Shown here piece by piece: positions 36,331 through 49,649 of a stretch of 64,000 bases of DNA. The notes beneath the pieces are model-generated. The model was given only the letters and a program-made list of their open reading frames with translations. It was not told the DNA's origin and made no database searches. The DNA is from Hypanus sabinus (Eukaryota): the NCBI RefSeq assembly GCF_030144855.1, contig NC_082710.1, positions 40,362,001-40,426,000 on the forward strand, read 5' to 3'. Position numbers and translations under genes: made by a program. Numbering within the stretch: the first letter of the stretch is position 1; each line of letters begins with the position of its first letter.

Positions 36331-38049
36331 AAAGGAATCTGTCATGGAAGGAATCTTTCTCACTATTCATGCATGGGTCAGTTTTGTCTAATCTTTCTCA
36401 ATTTCTTTATGTTGGCATCCCCTTTCAACTCAGGAAAATCAATCCAACAGAGTTACGCTTTTCAGATGGCAAGGCAAGCCTATTCTTCTCTAAGAAGACC
36501 AAACTGCACATCGTGCTTCAAATAAACTCCCGCCAAGCTCACAAAGACTTTTTTACTTCAGCCCTCCTACTCCTTTGCAGTAAAGCCCAACATAACTTTT
36601 GCATAGTTAATTCCTGCACAGTTACTTTCTCCATCTTGTAGAAAGAACATTCCTTTGGGAAACAAATCTCGCTGATTAAAATCTCTTCTGGTTTTCTATA
36701 CTTCTCTCAAAATGAACAGTGCCAAATATTTCTTAATATTCTCCATCCCATTGACTTAAACTATCCATTTTCCTTCTAACTCTCCATCCTCCCAGTAGCT
36801 CACTTTACTATGCAGTTTTGAAGCATTTCTTCTCAATCTTTCTCACAAAAATTGCTTCCAAGTACATAGCTGTACTGGGTCCTTGTTATTTTCTATAACA
36901 ACATGCCAAGCTACACCTTACCAATTTCACATAGCCCACTGTTCATTACACACAACAGAAAGAACTCCAAAGAGAATAAATTTATAAAATGCCAACAAGA
37001 TAGCTTTTAGCTGTCTAGGTACTAAGTAGGGACATGATTGTAATGCTGCCCATGCACCCTCTGCCTCCCCACCCCACAATCACCCCATCCTCCATATTTG
37101 GCAGTGTTGCAGAAATAGCATAATAGCAACTGTTCATGTTGTATTGGAAAATTTCCTCCATGATTTGACACCTCAACTCACCCTGAGAATTTATATGTAA
37201 TTCTTCTTGATCCTTTCCTTCCTGTTCCCTTTAACTAAAATGCCAAGGCCCTCTTGACTGATTTGCAAGAACTGCTGGAAATATATTTTTCAATAATTTA
37301 TATGGCAAAGTTGATGTTGGTTAAGAGCAATCAACAACTTCAGTATAGTCTAACTGGTCTCACGAGACAACTGAAACTGTGAATTCATTAAAAGTATTAT
37401 ATTCATTTCCTTCCATCTAATTAAGCAAAGTAAGATTAATCATTGGGGTCAGAGAGGTTTTAGAATACTGAATGAAAATCCATCTTCAGCTTTTGTTGGC
37501 AGATCCATCCCAGAGGAAAATATAAGCCAATTACTTTTCATCTGCTTGTGTTGTGAATTCAGAACCACTCACAAGCTGGATCGTGACATTTTCCATATAT
37601 CCGACAAACGTTTCTATAAGATCTGTGGAAAACTGTTTTACACACACACACATATATAAACAGTTTTTTGTTCATTGCTTTCATTATAAAGACCATTAAA
37701 TTGTTAACTTTTGAGTGATAATGAAGTCAATGTACAAAAAAAGATTGGATGCAGTCAGACTATTTCAGAATATCACAACTACCCTACTGAGAACACCAGA
37801 CAACGTTGAATTTTTTTATGTGGGATATCAATGCCACAATGTCTGTTCAGTCTGTTTTGCTTTATTTTGAAAATCAGCATCAGATATTGTCTCTTTCTCC
37901 TTGACCACAAGATGTGGGCTGATAACTTAAATGACTAAAAGAATTGTTGTAACCTAGTCGGGCCACTCCACGCAGAGGAATCAACCTCAGGCAAGTAGAG
38001 AAGCTATGTAACCAGGAGAAATACTCAAGCAAATACAGTATATGGCTGC

Positions 38050-38215
38050 CTTAAATGGCACAGTAATATAGGCATTACTGCAAATGCTTTACAAAGCCAA
38101 TGATCACCAATTGCTGCTGTTTGATTCCTGCCCTGTCTGTATGGAGTTTGTACATTCTCCTTGTAACCACGTAGGATTCCTCCAGCTGCTCCGGTTTCTG
38201 CCGACATTCCAAAAA
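38050..38215 (+). mobile_element. HE1-like V-SINE, 3'-truncated
   Basis: ctgtctgtatggagtttgtacattctcc..gctccggtttctgccgacattccaaa. Confidence 0.8.
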
Positions 38216-38679
38216 GTAAATAATTTTACCTGAAAAAGATTTCAAATGATTTTTCTTTATTATGTCAACAGCGATTTCTAATTATCTATTTGAAATGTGT
38301 AAGTATCTCCATTAAAATAGTATATATTACAGAAGAAATGTTTGTCTGCAAATGTTTCATTTACATTATTCTCTTTATCATAAATTTCAATTATTAAAAG
38401 TACAATGCGAACAAGGGATGAATATAAACATCCTACAGATATTGAAGTATTGTTTATTTACTGAAAGGAGCTTCTTGTATTAAAAGTTCTAATCAGGTCG
38501 CATAACTTGAGCTACTGATTTATTAAATGGACTGAGATAACAGGCTCTGATTTTTGTGTAAAGTCTCTCACTTTGGCTGAAGGCCAAACAGAAATACTTC
38601 CTCGTCTCCCTCCTATTAATGTGGAACATATTTGTGGAAAAAAATATGAAGTACATTGGTAGAGCAGTTAAAATTCTAA

Positions 38680-38975
38680 GGTCTTATACAGAGATCTAGA
38701 AACACTCCTCTTGCAACAGAAGGTCAAATTCCACCAAGTTAGTCGGAGAATTTCAACATAGTTAATTAACCTACTCGGGTATTTTAAAAGCCCTGTAATC
38801 AGTAATGGCAACCATTTAACTACTGGACTGCAATAAACTACTTGTTAATCAACATCCATTTAAGAAGAAAGAAAAACTGTTGGTCGCGACTGTATTTGAC
38901 TCTAGGTCTAGTGAAATATTGTTGAACCTCAAATGGCCCAGCATGTCACTTTATTTATGGGTAATTTAAGGGAGG
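38680..38975 (+). mobile_element. Old tRNA-derived SINE; related decayed copies at ~31395-31700 (-), 40850-41560 (-, split) and 52490-53500 (+, split)
   Basis: ggtcaaattccacc B-box-like motif; cagtaatggcaaccat..actactggactg..tgactctagg..gggtaatttaaggga; mutual similarity among copies judged by eye. Confidence 0.5.
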
Positions 38976-39018
38976 ATAGTATAATATGTTATTATAAGAT
39001 TATATAAGATAGTATAAG

Positions 39019-39153
39019 ATGTCCTGCCGAAGGGTCTCCGCCCAAAATGTCAACTGTACTTCTTTCCATAGCTGCTCCCTGGCCTGCTGAGTTCCTTCAG
39101 CATTTTGTGTGTGTTGCTTGGATTTGCAACACCTGCAGATTCTCTCTTGTTTG
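39019..39153 (+). mobile_element. Penelope pLTR remnant with decayed hammerhead
   Basis: gtcctgccgaagggtctccgcccaaaatgtcaactg..cctggcctgctgagttcc..gcagattctctcttgtttg. Confidence 0.85.
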
Positions 39154-39633
39154 TAATAAGATGGCATTATCTGTGCTCCCAACATCTTATGAATGCACAA
39201 GCAAAAAATATTACTTACTTTTCTGCATTATTTCATCTCACTGGTAAGAGTCAGTTCTGTAGTGATCTGAGTCTCCCTCTGGTGTATTAGATCAATCTAC
39301 AAGAGCATTTAAGGCTGGAAAAGAATGGGGTGAGTTGTCCTGGACACAGATCATTGTACCCATGTTTCCCACTTGTTCATGGACACTTTTTTACGATGCA
39401 TGGTGCTAAATGAGCTGACCTCCACAGCCAGCTGTCTTCAGTGAATTACTGCTCTGCTATTGGATAAAATGGGGAGCCCAGTGGAATGGATAGTCAGATG
39501 TATTGCCCACTGGACTTCAGAAAGGTTTGGATTTCTGACTGTGACTCACTAGCTGTCAGTCAGCACAACTTAGCCCATCGTGATGAGTTACACAACAAAG
39601 CATCAAGAGGACATTTTTAGAATGTCCCACATA

Positions 39634-40210
39634 CATCCAGAGGCCACTTTATTGGATACACCTGAACACCTGCTTATTAATGCAAATATCTAATCAGCCA
39701 ATCTTGTGGCAACAACTCAATGCATAAAAGCATACAGTCATGGTCAAGAAGTTCTGTTGTTGCTAGGACCAAACAGCAGAATGGGGAAGAATGGTGACTT
39801 CGATGGTGGAAGGATTGTTGGTGCCAGAAGGGGTGGCCTGAGTGAATCTGAAACTGCTGATCTCCTGGGATTTTCATGCACGACAGTCTCTACAGAGTTT
39901 ACAGAGAATAGTGCAAAAACAAACAAGATACACTCATGGAGGGGCAGTCCTGTGGGCGATAAACGTCTTGTTACTTAGAGAGGTCAGAGAAGAATGGCCA
40001 TGCTGGATCAAGCTGCTAGGAAGGCAGCAGTAACTCAAATAAACGCATTACAACGGTGGTGAACAGAAGAGTAGAGAGCTTCTCTGAACACACAACACGT
40101 CAGAACCTTGCAGTGAATGAGTGACAGTGAATCAGCTGAAGACCATGAACATACACTTAGAGGTATTTTTGTTAGGTACAGGAGGTACCTAATAAGGCAG
40201 CCACTGAGTG
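39634..40210 (+). mobile_element. Tc1/mariner-derived non-autonomous element (copy 3)
   Basis: TA flanks; TIRs; ORF 39706..39978 MGKNGDFDGGRIVGARRGGLSESETADLLGFS. Confidence 0.9.
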
Positions 40211-41010
40211 TATATGATAAGCAAGCACTTGCGTTTAGAAACACAATTACTGATAACAATTAACAGATTTTGGGAGAGATTACTTCATGTTAAATTATCT
40301 TGATGAAGCTATTCCAATAAAAAGAGCATCCAAAAATATGCTCTTCACATTCTTCCATGAATTCTGGCTTTCTACTATTTGCTTATGTGGTTCTATGTTT
40401 ACTAAAACTGGCACAAAGAGTAAGAAAGAATTTATTTTGGACATCTAGACCTGTTGCATTCCTGAAGTATCAATTGTAGAACTGACATCACTAATTCGGC
40501 ATTTGTACAGTGAAGCGGGCTTGTTGATACATAACTTATCAGTCTTTAATCATCATATCATAATGACGGTATTATGTGCAGAGGCATTTTTGTGCAACTT
40601 TTACACTTCGTTGGTTTGATTTATGATGAGATTCATTTATTCATGTGACCATACAAAGAAGTTGAAAAACTTGCTTTAGAAGTTTGTTCAGAAGGGTTTC
40701 TGGCAACTGTTAGTCCCTTATTTTTGGCACACCAGGTAAGGTTAGCAGATTAATTTCCCTGAAGCAGGAAAGTGAATTAATGGAGCGAGGAAATGATCAC
40801 GTATTTAAAAGAGCTGCTAGTGGGTATAAAGCTTCCAACCCCTACCATCTTTATTCTTGGCTTGGTGTTTATAGTTCATTTCTAATTGCCCTGAATTGAG
40901 TCACTATTTAGACTAGGTCAGATATTTGTAAGACAATAATTGTCCTTCTCCAGTGAACTAGAGGAAATGTTTTGTCACCCCTGCAGTATCACCTTCACCC
41001 TAACTGTATT

Positions 41011-41110
41011 AGGGCAGGTCAAAAGCATAAAGAGTGTCATGATAGAGTAGAGGACAACACGGTGGTATAGAGAGCAGCATGGTAACGTAGAGGGTGTCAC
41101 AGTAGTGTAA
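41011..41110 (+). repeat. Degenerate 20-bp tandem array (4-5 units) of the V-SINE 5' head
   Basis: Units start at 41011, 41031, 41051, 41071 and 41091; approximate consensus AGGGCGGCACGGTAGCGTAG. Confidence 0.7.
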
Positions 41111-41401
41111 TGGCTAGCATAACATCTTTCAGCACCAGCATTTATTTAATTCCTATTACTTCTTGTGAGGAATTTGTATATTTGTATATTCTCCCTGGAT
41201 TTCCTCTGGGGGCTCTGGTTTTCTCCCACGTAAGATGTGCCATTTAACAAGGGACTATCAAGGATTAGTACGATATGGGCATGGCTCTGGGCTACTCCCA
41301 TTACATCCTCGGACTGTGTTAGTCATTGATGCAAACAATTAGTTTTCTTGTATGTTTTGGTGCTTTGCTGTACATGTGATAAATAAAGCAAATCTATCTT
41401 T
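41091..41401 (+). mobile_element. HE1-like V-SINE with Rex1/L2-type tail
   Basis: V domain gaggaatttgtata..ggatttcctctgggggctctggttttctcccac; tail gtacatgtgataaataaagcaaatctatcttt. Confidence 0.8.
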
Positions 41402-42554
41402 AACTATTCCTGATTATTTTCAAAATGTTATTCTCTAATTATACAAATTTAAATTCCCCAAGAATAATACGGGGATTTGAACTCAGGACTCCACATCAGC
41501 AAACCAGATATTCAGATACTAGACAGGTAATTTAGCCAGAATAATGCTGCATCCTGGGCCCAGCAAAATGAGCAAGCAACGAGTATTTAACAGATGTTCG
41601 TTACATCAGTCAATCAAAACTTTGACAGAGTTCTGGATGTGGTTTCTTCACAGTTAATCGGCTGTATTCCCAAGAGGTAAAAGTTCAGGAGGTGGTCCTA
41701 ATTTTCTGGATTGTGGAACTATTTTCAACAATTGTGAAAATTCTATGATATTCCACCAAAGCTCCTGTGTCGGATTGGAAAACCTTAAGGTCAAGATAAT
41801 GATATCCCCTTGTGCCACATATTGTCACAAATCCAGTGCAACGGCGCCTTTAATGACTAAATGGAATTATCCTAATTCTTTTCCAAATTCATTCTTTTTT
41901 TATATTTCAGCCAGTTTGAAATATGGCCATTCCCTGCCTGACATATGCGTCTTTGAGAGAAATTAAAAGATAATTCTGCATGTCTAATACAGCTATGCGG
42001 CAATATTCCGTTAGTGAAAAGGCCTGATGATTATGAGTCAAAATCTTCATCATTTGACCTCAAGAGAAGTTATTAACTTTGTTCCACCACTCAGTAATCC
42101 CAGTTAAATTGGCATGGTTTCTGAGGTGATTCTTTCTCAGGATTATATTAAAACAGTGTTCCTTCTGACTTCAGCTGTGGCTCTGACTCCACTGCTAATC
42201 ATTTGCACAGGCTAGACCTGGTCATATAAGTTTGCCTCTCTGCACTGACATCTTTGGTGGCAGATTTACTGCCGATTGTGCATCTTATCTTCAGGAGCTT
42301 CCTCTGTCAATCAAGAGGAGCACAAGGGAATGATGACCTTATCCTCTCAGCCAGTGGATTTCACTTATAGATCCTGTGACAGAAACTTCAGGCAGTTTGT
42401 CAATTGTGGCAGTTTTCTTATTCCAAGCATGACCCTTCCTGCCTGACTCTTGGCATTACTGCTGTGGAGTTTTTGTTTGTTCTTAGCCATTTATTTTCAA
42501 ATGCTACAAATGGTTATTTGCTTCAAACGAGTTCCCACTGCTGCCATGTCAGCC

Positions 42555-42745
42555 TTGACTCAGAAGTAGCTCTCTCATTTCCGACTTAGTAGGCCTTGTG
42601 TCAGCTTCCACTTCATAGTCTTGAGCACGAAGTCTGGGTAGATACTTTATTATCATTCTGTGATGCATTGTTAGATATGCTATCCTTTGAAGGAGATGTT
42701 AAACCATTGGATCCAGCTGCACTGCTTGAAGAACAGCATATGTCC
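42555..42745 (+). mobile_element. Ancient DeuSINE-like fragment
   Basis: gtcttgagcacgaagtctgggtagatact..tatcctttgaaggagatgttaaacc..gcactgcttgaagaacagca resembles the Deu domain; highly decayed. Confidence 0.45.
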
Positions 42746-43464
42746 TCCTACTCTCTTTCCCCTCAAGCGCCTTTTCAATTTACTTGATCCTGTCACCACC
42801 ACCCCCTCTTCTTCTAACACCAGTAGCTGGGTTCCACGTTGGCACCTTCATTCACTCCCAGTGAGAACTGCAAAAGTGTAAGGCACTTAATCCACTTTCA
42901 TTTCCTAAGTCCAGACAACTTATGAACAGCAGCTTCATGATTTGTGTAATGTATATGCATGCTTAGAAATTAAAAAGGTGTTGGCTGTAGCAGACTGATA
43001 TTTCCACAAAAATTTCACTGAAAATCAGGGCCAGGAGTGCATCCTACAGAATTAATAAAAGGCAATTCAATACCACTAAAGTTTAAAATTAAATTACCCT
43101 CTTAAGGAATACCATATTATTTTTACAAAGAGGCCAAATTTTATGAAGCCATGCCTCAGGCAGGGAGCAACAACTATCAGTAGCATATTTTAGAAAATCA
43201 CAGGCATGCTTCCAAAGATTTCCCATCCTCTCATTTAAATGGATAGAAAATTATGGCTAGTAGCTTGAAATTTCCCATCATGCAGCCCTGGCAGGCAAAA
43301 TTCCAGGCATGTGCATTTCTAATGTAACTCCTAAAAGCCCCTGAGATTTTAAAATTAAAATTCAATTCATTGATAATATAGCCCTCAGAAGAATCATAAA
43401 AGTCCCAGCTTCAATAATATGCTAGTGGTGTGTAATATGTTTGGTGTGACTGTGTGTAGCTCAT

Positions 43465-44215
43465 ACATAGAAACATAGAAAATAGGTGCAGGAGTAGGCC
43501 CTTCGGCCCTTCGAGCCTGCACCGCCATTCAGTATGATCATGGCTGATCATCCAACTCAGAACCCTGTACCTGCTTTCTCTCCATACCCCCTGATCCCTT
43601 TAGCCACAAGGGCCATATCTAACTTCCTCTTAAATATAGCCAATGAACCGGCCTCAACTGTTTCCTGTGGCAGAGAATTCCACAGATTCACCACCCTCTG
43701 TGTGAAGAAGATTTTCCTCATCTCGGTCCTAAAAGGCTTCCCCTTTATCCTTAAACTGTGGCCCCTCGTTCTGGACTTCCCCAACATCGGAAACAATCTT
43801 CCTGCATCTAGCCTGTCCAATCCCTTTAGAATTTTATACGTTTCAATAAGATCCCCCCTCAATCTTCTAAATTCCAGTGAGTATAAGCCTAGTCGATCCA
43901 GTCTTTCTTCATATAAAAGTCCTGCCATCCCAGGAATCAATCTGGTCAACCTTCTCTGTAGTCCCTCTATGACAAGAATGTCTTTCCTCAGATTAGGGGA
44001 CCAAAACTGCACACACTATTCTAGGTGCGGTCTCACAAAGGCCTTGTACAACTGCAGTAGAACCTCCCTACTCCTGTACTCAAATCCTTTTGCTATGAAT
44101 GCCAACATACCATTTGCCTTTTTCACCGCCTGCTGTACCTGCATGCCCACCTTCAATGACTGGTGTACAATGACACCCAGGTCTCGTTGCATCTCCCCTT
44201 TTCCTAATCGGCCAT
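43465..44215 (-). mobile_element. Young 5'-truncated CR1; ORF2 C-terminus uninterrupted
   Basis: ORF 43557..44012 QFWSPNLRKDI..LGLYSLEFRRLRGDLIETYK..FFTQRVVNLWNSLP; CpGs retained; (TTTCTATG)n tail. Confidence 0.95.
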
Positions 44216-45796
44216 TATATACATTACTGTATAATTATCTGACTATAGTCGTTGCAAATTAGAACAAGTACTTACTTGACTTTCTTGTTTAATGACAGCA
44301 CCAAATTTATAAATGAGGGGATTACCACTTATTTCCATCTGCCTGGACTCTCAGTGTTCCATACACCTGCTGCCCTCGTGCTCCAGGGAACAAGACCTTG
44401 CAGATTCTGAAGGATCTCTCAGAGCATCAGGTGGATACTTAAAGATTGTACAGAACATAGCTACAACACATCAGTGACGGCTGTGGTGTATGTTTGGGGT
44501 ATTTCAAATGCACTTATTCAGTGCATTCTTTTGTTCTGCACTTTCCCAGCTCCTGATGTTACTGAGTCCTCCCAAACAAGTGAGAAAATTCTATTATTAT
44601 CCAGACCAACATCAGGAGAATTCCAGAAATTATGAGCTGATCCAATCTCTATGAAAATCCTAGCCCCTGATCTGCTATAACAGCTGGAAAAATAAAGCTG
44701 TCAATGAAGCATCAGGAAGGACCATATGTACACAAAAAAGGGGCATTTTTCAGTTGGGTGTAGATGCCCAAAAGAAGTGAGCAGAGAGAATCACAATCAC
44801 TCTTGGTGATTAGGTGTTGCTGTTACTGGTTTAGTTATTGTTCAGTTATCTGCCAGAGCTAAGCAACTGCACAAGGACAGATGTTGATCAACAGGTGGGG
44901 TCAGAAAACCCAGGGCCAATGGAGCAGGCAGATATGTTTTAAAGTGATATCAGGGAATTGGAGGAAATGTGGGATGGCAAAATTTGTTTTAAACATCTTT
45001 AAAAACATGAAGTTTAAAAATGCCAAAGAGTATCAAATGGAAACCGGCAAACAGAAATATTAATAGGAATTGACTGCATGTATCTTAAGCCTTTGTCCTA
45101 CATGGGACAGGATTGACATGAGCTAGAAAGGTAACTTATGTAACAAACCATGCATTTTGTACTTGATACTAACCATATTCATGATGTGATAAGATGGAGG
45201 GAATTAATGAAAGGCTTTGGGATGTCAAGAGATGAGTTAATCACTCAAAAATGCATCGCCTCTGACATGCCCTTCCATTCATATAGGTGGTCCCCAGGAG
45301 ATTGACTAATGGTTATGGCATGTTATACCAAGAGTGAATTTTGTTAGATTCAGTCTTGCCTGCCATTTATGTTTACAAATATGTTGTAAAGGTTTTTCTG
45401 CCTTCAAGCAAGGGCTATTTCATTTGCTGAAAAGACATGAATGGAATTGAGCAAAGTGCATTCATCAGCAAACAGCCCTCATATGCTGGAATGAAAGGTG
45501 GTTAAGCTGAAGACACTCTCTTGAGAACCTGCTGTGATGTTATAGGTCTGGAATGATGACCCTCACATGACCATAACCAATTCCCTTTGTGTGAAGGATA
45601 ATTTCAAGCATTGGTATTTATTGTCTTCAGTTTGACCGGAACACCTCAATGCCACACTTGATCAGGGGAAGCACTCGCAATGGCATTACAAGTGTGTCAA
45701 CGAGCAGCACTACCACCCGATCAGTGGATTGGCATTGCACAATGATTGGCATCTGTCTGTTCTATGTTCTTTGTACCATCACTGCCAGCTCTCCCA

Positions 45797-46735
45797 GTAA
45801 CAACACACACAATCTGCTGGAGGAAGTCAATGGAGAGGAATAAACTGTCAACAATTCAGGCCAAGGCCCTTCACCAGGATTGGAAAGGAAGGTAGAAGAA
45901 GCCAGAGTAAGAATGTGGGAGAAGGGAAGGAGTACAAGCTGAAAGGTGATGGATTAAACCAGGTAAGGGATAAGATGGGTGGGTGGGTGGTGGAATAAAG
46001 TGAAAAGCTGTGAGGTGATGGGGTGAAGTGATAAAGGACTGCAGAAGAATGAACCAGATAGGAGAAAGGGTATTAAAAAGAGGCTCCAGAGGAAGGTGAT
46101 GTGCAGATGACATAAAGAGAAGGGGTTAAGAGGGGAGCCAGGTTAGGATATTGAAAAGAGAGAAAGGGGAGGCTAGTTAAATTGATATTCATGCCACCAG
46201 GTTGAAGGCTACCTATCTGAAATATGAGGTGTTGCTCCTCCAATATGAGTGGCCTCATCATAGAACATAGACATGGAACTCTACAAGCCCTTCGGCCCAC
46301 AATGTTGTGCCAAACATGTAACTTACTCTAGAGACTGCCTAGAATTTCCCAACCACATAGCCCTCTATTTTTCTAAGCTCCATGTACACATTTGTACCTA
46401 TCTTAGAGTCTCTTAAAAGGCCCTATTGTACCTGTCTCTACCACCATTGCTGGCAGTGCATTCCATGCACCCACCACCCTCTGTGTGAAAAACTTGCCTC
46501 TGACAAGTCAGGTCACCTCTCATCCTCCGTCACTCTAAGGAGAAAAGGCCAAGTTCACTCAACCTGTTCTCGTAAGGCACATTCTCCAATCCAGACAACA
46601 TCCTTGTCAATCATGGCAGTCGAGGAAGCCATGGACCAACATATTGGGAAGTGAATTAAAATAAGTGGCCACTGGGAAAACCCACTTCTTGTGCTGAACA
46701 GGTTAAAAAAGATTTCCCAATGAGAAGCATGGATT
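45797..46735 (-). mobile_element. Penelope 3' part (GIY-YIG end plus pLTR), interrupted by a CR1 3' end at ~46262-46610
   Basis: ORF 46073..46300 LEEQHLIFQIGSLQPGGMNI; VATYFNS-like motif at ~46650-46670; CR1 tail tagaacatagac. Confidence 0.85.
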
Positions 46736-48364
46736 GAGAAGCATAAATTAAGCATCACAAGGCAAATTAGTATCTGATTAACACTATTGTGCCCTAATAA
46801 TAGATACAAACAAGCTGAATTTTATAGTTCGTTGGATTAGAGAATCAAATGTAATACATTTCATTTTATTTTACTTATCTAAAGTGATATTTTGTTACAT
46901 CAATATTGTCATCCATTCAAAATGCTGTATGTTATTATTTTAATCTTGGCTAAAAATAAAAGAAAATGGATCAATGCTGAAATCTGCAATATATGAAAGA
47001 AAACGTTTTAAATACTTAAATTATTGGCTTACTTTTCTTCTGGCCTGCTCACCTCCAGATGGTATCCAGACGCAAGCTGGAATTTCAGTGTGTGATTAAA
47101 TCAGTTCATCCCACTTGGCAAGTGGTATTTACATTCAATCATTAACAACAGATTGATTTATCTAAAAGTGTTATCCATGTCAGGAAATTCAGTGTTGCAA
47201 AACAATGAATTCAAGATGCAGACAAGAGGCCAACACTGGGATTCAATGATTGCAACAGCTTGAGGATTCATTACAATATTTATATTAATATTCACCAAGC
47301 TATCATGAAATGCACCGAAGTGTTATTTACTTGAGCATTTTAAAACCAAGTTTCCAATCAACAATAGTATTGTCCCATTAAAATGTAAGTTTAAAATACG
47401 TTGAGGATACATATGATTGTACCCATTTGTGTCCTATAATGTTGAAGTGTTGGATTGGTCAATCCATTCAAATAGCACAAATTTCATTGACTAGAAAATC
47501 TGTTGGGTCTCTAATGCGAATGCAATTGACTTTAACAGATTACAGCTCAGACGATAAAAATGTACACTTCTCCTTGTATAGTATATCGGTGGTGATCTTA
47601 TACATATATAAGTACCACCATTTGCCAAGTAGTACTAAAATAACTTGATTGAAACAAAGCTAAGCTATTATTGAAGACATCATTCTTCCAATGTGCCTGA
47701 AGAGCGAAACTTTCTACCTGACTTTACTCTGAGTTTTGCCACTCCTAGCTACTTAACCATGTTGGTAAAGAAATACAAACTTGAAAGTAAAAGTAGTGAT
47801 TATGGGATCCAGAAAGACATCTACCTCCAACAGCGACAAATACTATTGCACCGATACTATTGTCATAAATGTCAGAAAATAAGGCTTAAGTCTGGAAGTA
47901 GACATGTTTATCATAGACTTCCAACTTGCCTTAAGCATTATAATAACCAAAGTACTAAGTGTATTTGACTGCTGCAAGTCATGCTTATTCCAAGCTGGTG
48001 GATCACTATTTTATAGTTAAGTTAGTCTTCTAAAACTTTGTAATTTCTTCTAAAACTATAGTCCATTTTGATTCATTTTTGGACATTGACTTCCCATCTA
48101 CAAACAAACAAAAGGCACAAGTAAAATAATTTATGACTGCAGTAACTATCAAGAGTCTGGGTACAGACAGAAGGAAGACTCCTTACCCAACTTGGCCTTG
48201 TGAACTACATCTCTGCAATTAATAAGTGTCTCCAAAGATATAAGCAAATTCTGGGATAGAAGAACAGAAGCTTGTTTACAGCCATATACTTTAAAGAGCA
48301 CTTCAGATGAAGGTGGAGAAATGTTCAAAAGAATGCCAAAGCATCAAAGAAGATCAAAAATATG

Positions 48365-48571
48365 AAAAGGTGGAATGAGCTGCCAGTTGAAGTGGTGGAT
48401 GCAGGCTCTCTTTTAATATTTAAGAAAAGCTTGGACAGGTACATGGATGAGAGGGGTATGGAGGGATATGGGCCAGGGGCAGGTCAGAGGGACTAGGTAG
48501 AAAAATGGTTCGACACGGCCAAGAAGGGTCAAAAGAGTTGTTTCTGTGCTGTAATATTCTATGGTTCTATG
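48365..48571 (+). mobile_element. CR1 3' end
   Basis: tggaatgagctgccag..ttctatggttctatg. Confidence 0.88.
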
Positions 48572-48804
48572 AGAATTGCATACCCATTTGCACCTGGTGT
48601 ACAATTTATACACAGATACACAATATATACACAGAAAAGCTGTCGTGTGCATGTTTTAATGCAGAAGTAATTGCTTCTTATTGAAATCCTGCCCATTGTG
48701 AAATTGTACCCAGTATAATTCACTGGAGTGCAGATGATTAGGCTCCATTGTCATTCATGCAAGTAATGGCATCATCAATGCATGTGATATTTTATTGACT
48801 GACA

Positions 48805-49038
48805 GGGGCAGCATGGTAGCGTAGCAGTTAGCACAACGATTTACAATACCAGCGACCCAGGTTCAATCCCTGCTGCTGCCAGTAAGGAGTTTGTATATTC
48901 TCCCTGTGACAACATATGTTTTCTCCGGGTGCTCCGGTTAATTGGTCAGGCTAGGGTTAAATTGGGGGTTTGCTGGTCGGCACGGCTTGAAGGGCCAAAA
49001 TGACCTACTGCACGTTGTATCTCAGCAAGTAAATAAAT
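48805..49038 (+). mobile_element. HE1-like V-SINE with CR1-type tail
   Basis: ggggcagcatggtagcgtagcagttagc (A box), ggttcaatccc (B box), V domain, tail gaagggcc..gttgtatctc..aaataaat. Confidence 0.88.
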
Positions 49039-49649
49039 GGAACAATAATACACAACCTTTGACCTTCATTTTTAACTCCTAACAAAACAAGTTGCAATCT
49101 CACAAGGTGCATATTAACTAGAAGATATCACCTGGTCTCCCCTCTAATGCATCAATGCATAGCTATCTGTATCTGGCACCACCAGTGCTCTAAATGTTTC
49201 AGCTGTCATTGCTGGCTTTCACTATTGTAAACAGCAGAGATCTCCATCAAATGATGAGCCCTTTCCTTTCACTCGGTTGTGATTGCACATCGGACACAGA
49301 CTATACTGATGATGTAACTACATACACAGTGAACCCCACACCATCCCATATGTTCCCTCACAACCATGGCACACTAATATGCTGCCATGCTGTGGCTATC
49401 AAGTAAAGGCTGCCAACTCATTCCAACGATCCTTGTAGCAAAGATGGGGTGGCTGCATTCTCTGCAGGTAATTGCCAACCCATACTGCACTTGTCAGGAT
49501 AGATGGATAATGACATTATTATTGTTATTATTGCATTGATTTCTGCTGATCCAGGACGTTTCAGTGTCAAAGTCACCCCTTACAATAATTTGAAGATAAA
49601 CGTTATAGTTTTGATGGATTCCGCAGCTTGATGTTGATACCGAATACAC

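Noticed and set aside
41011-41110. Regularly spaced repeats considered as a CRISPR-like array
   Set aside because: Eukaryotic context, no spacers, and the units are copies of a SINE head
43534-44262. 242-aa plus-strand ORF
   Set aside because: Antisense shadow of the young CR1 ORF2 on the minus strand
47053-47076. Possible 24-nt microexon on the minus strand (ag..gtgagc)
   Set aside because: Weak polypyrimidine tract and no gene context
48805-48875. tRNA-like A and B boxes
   Set aside because: SINE head, not a tRNA gene; no cloverleaf, and it continues into the V domain
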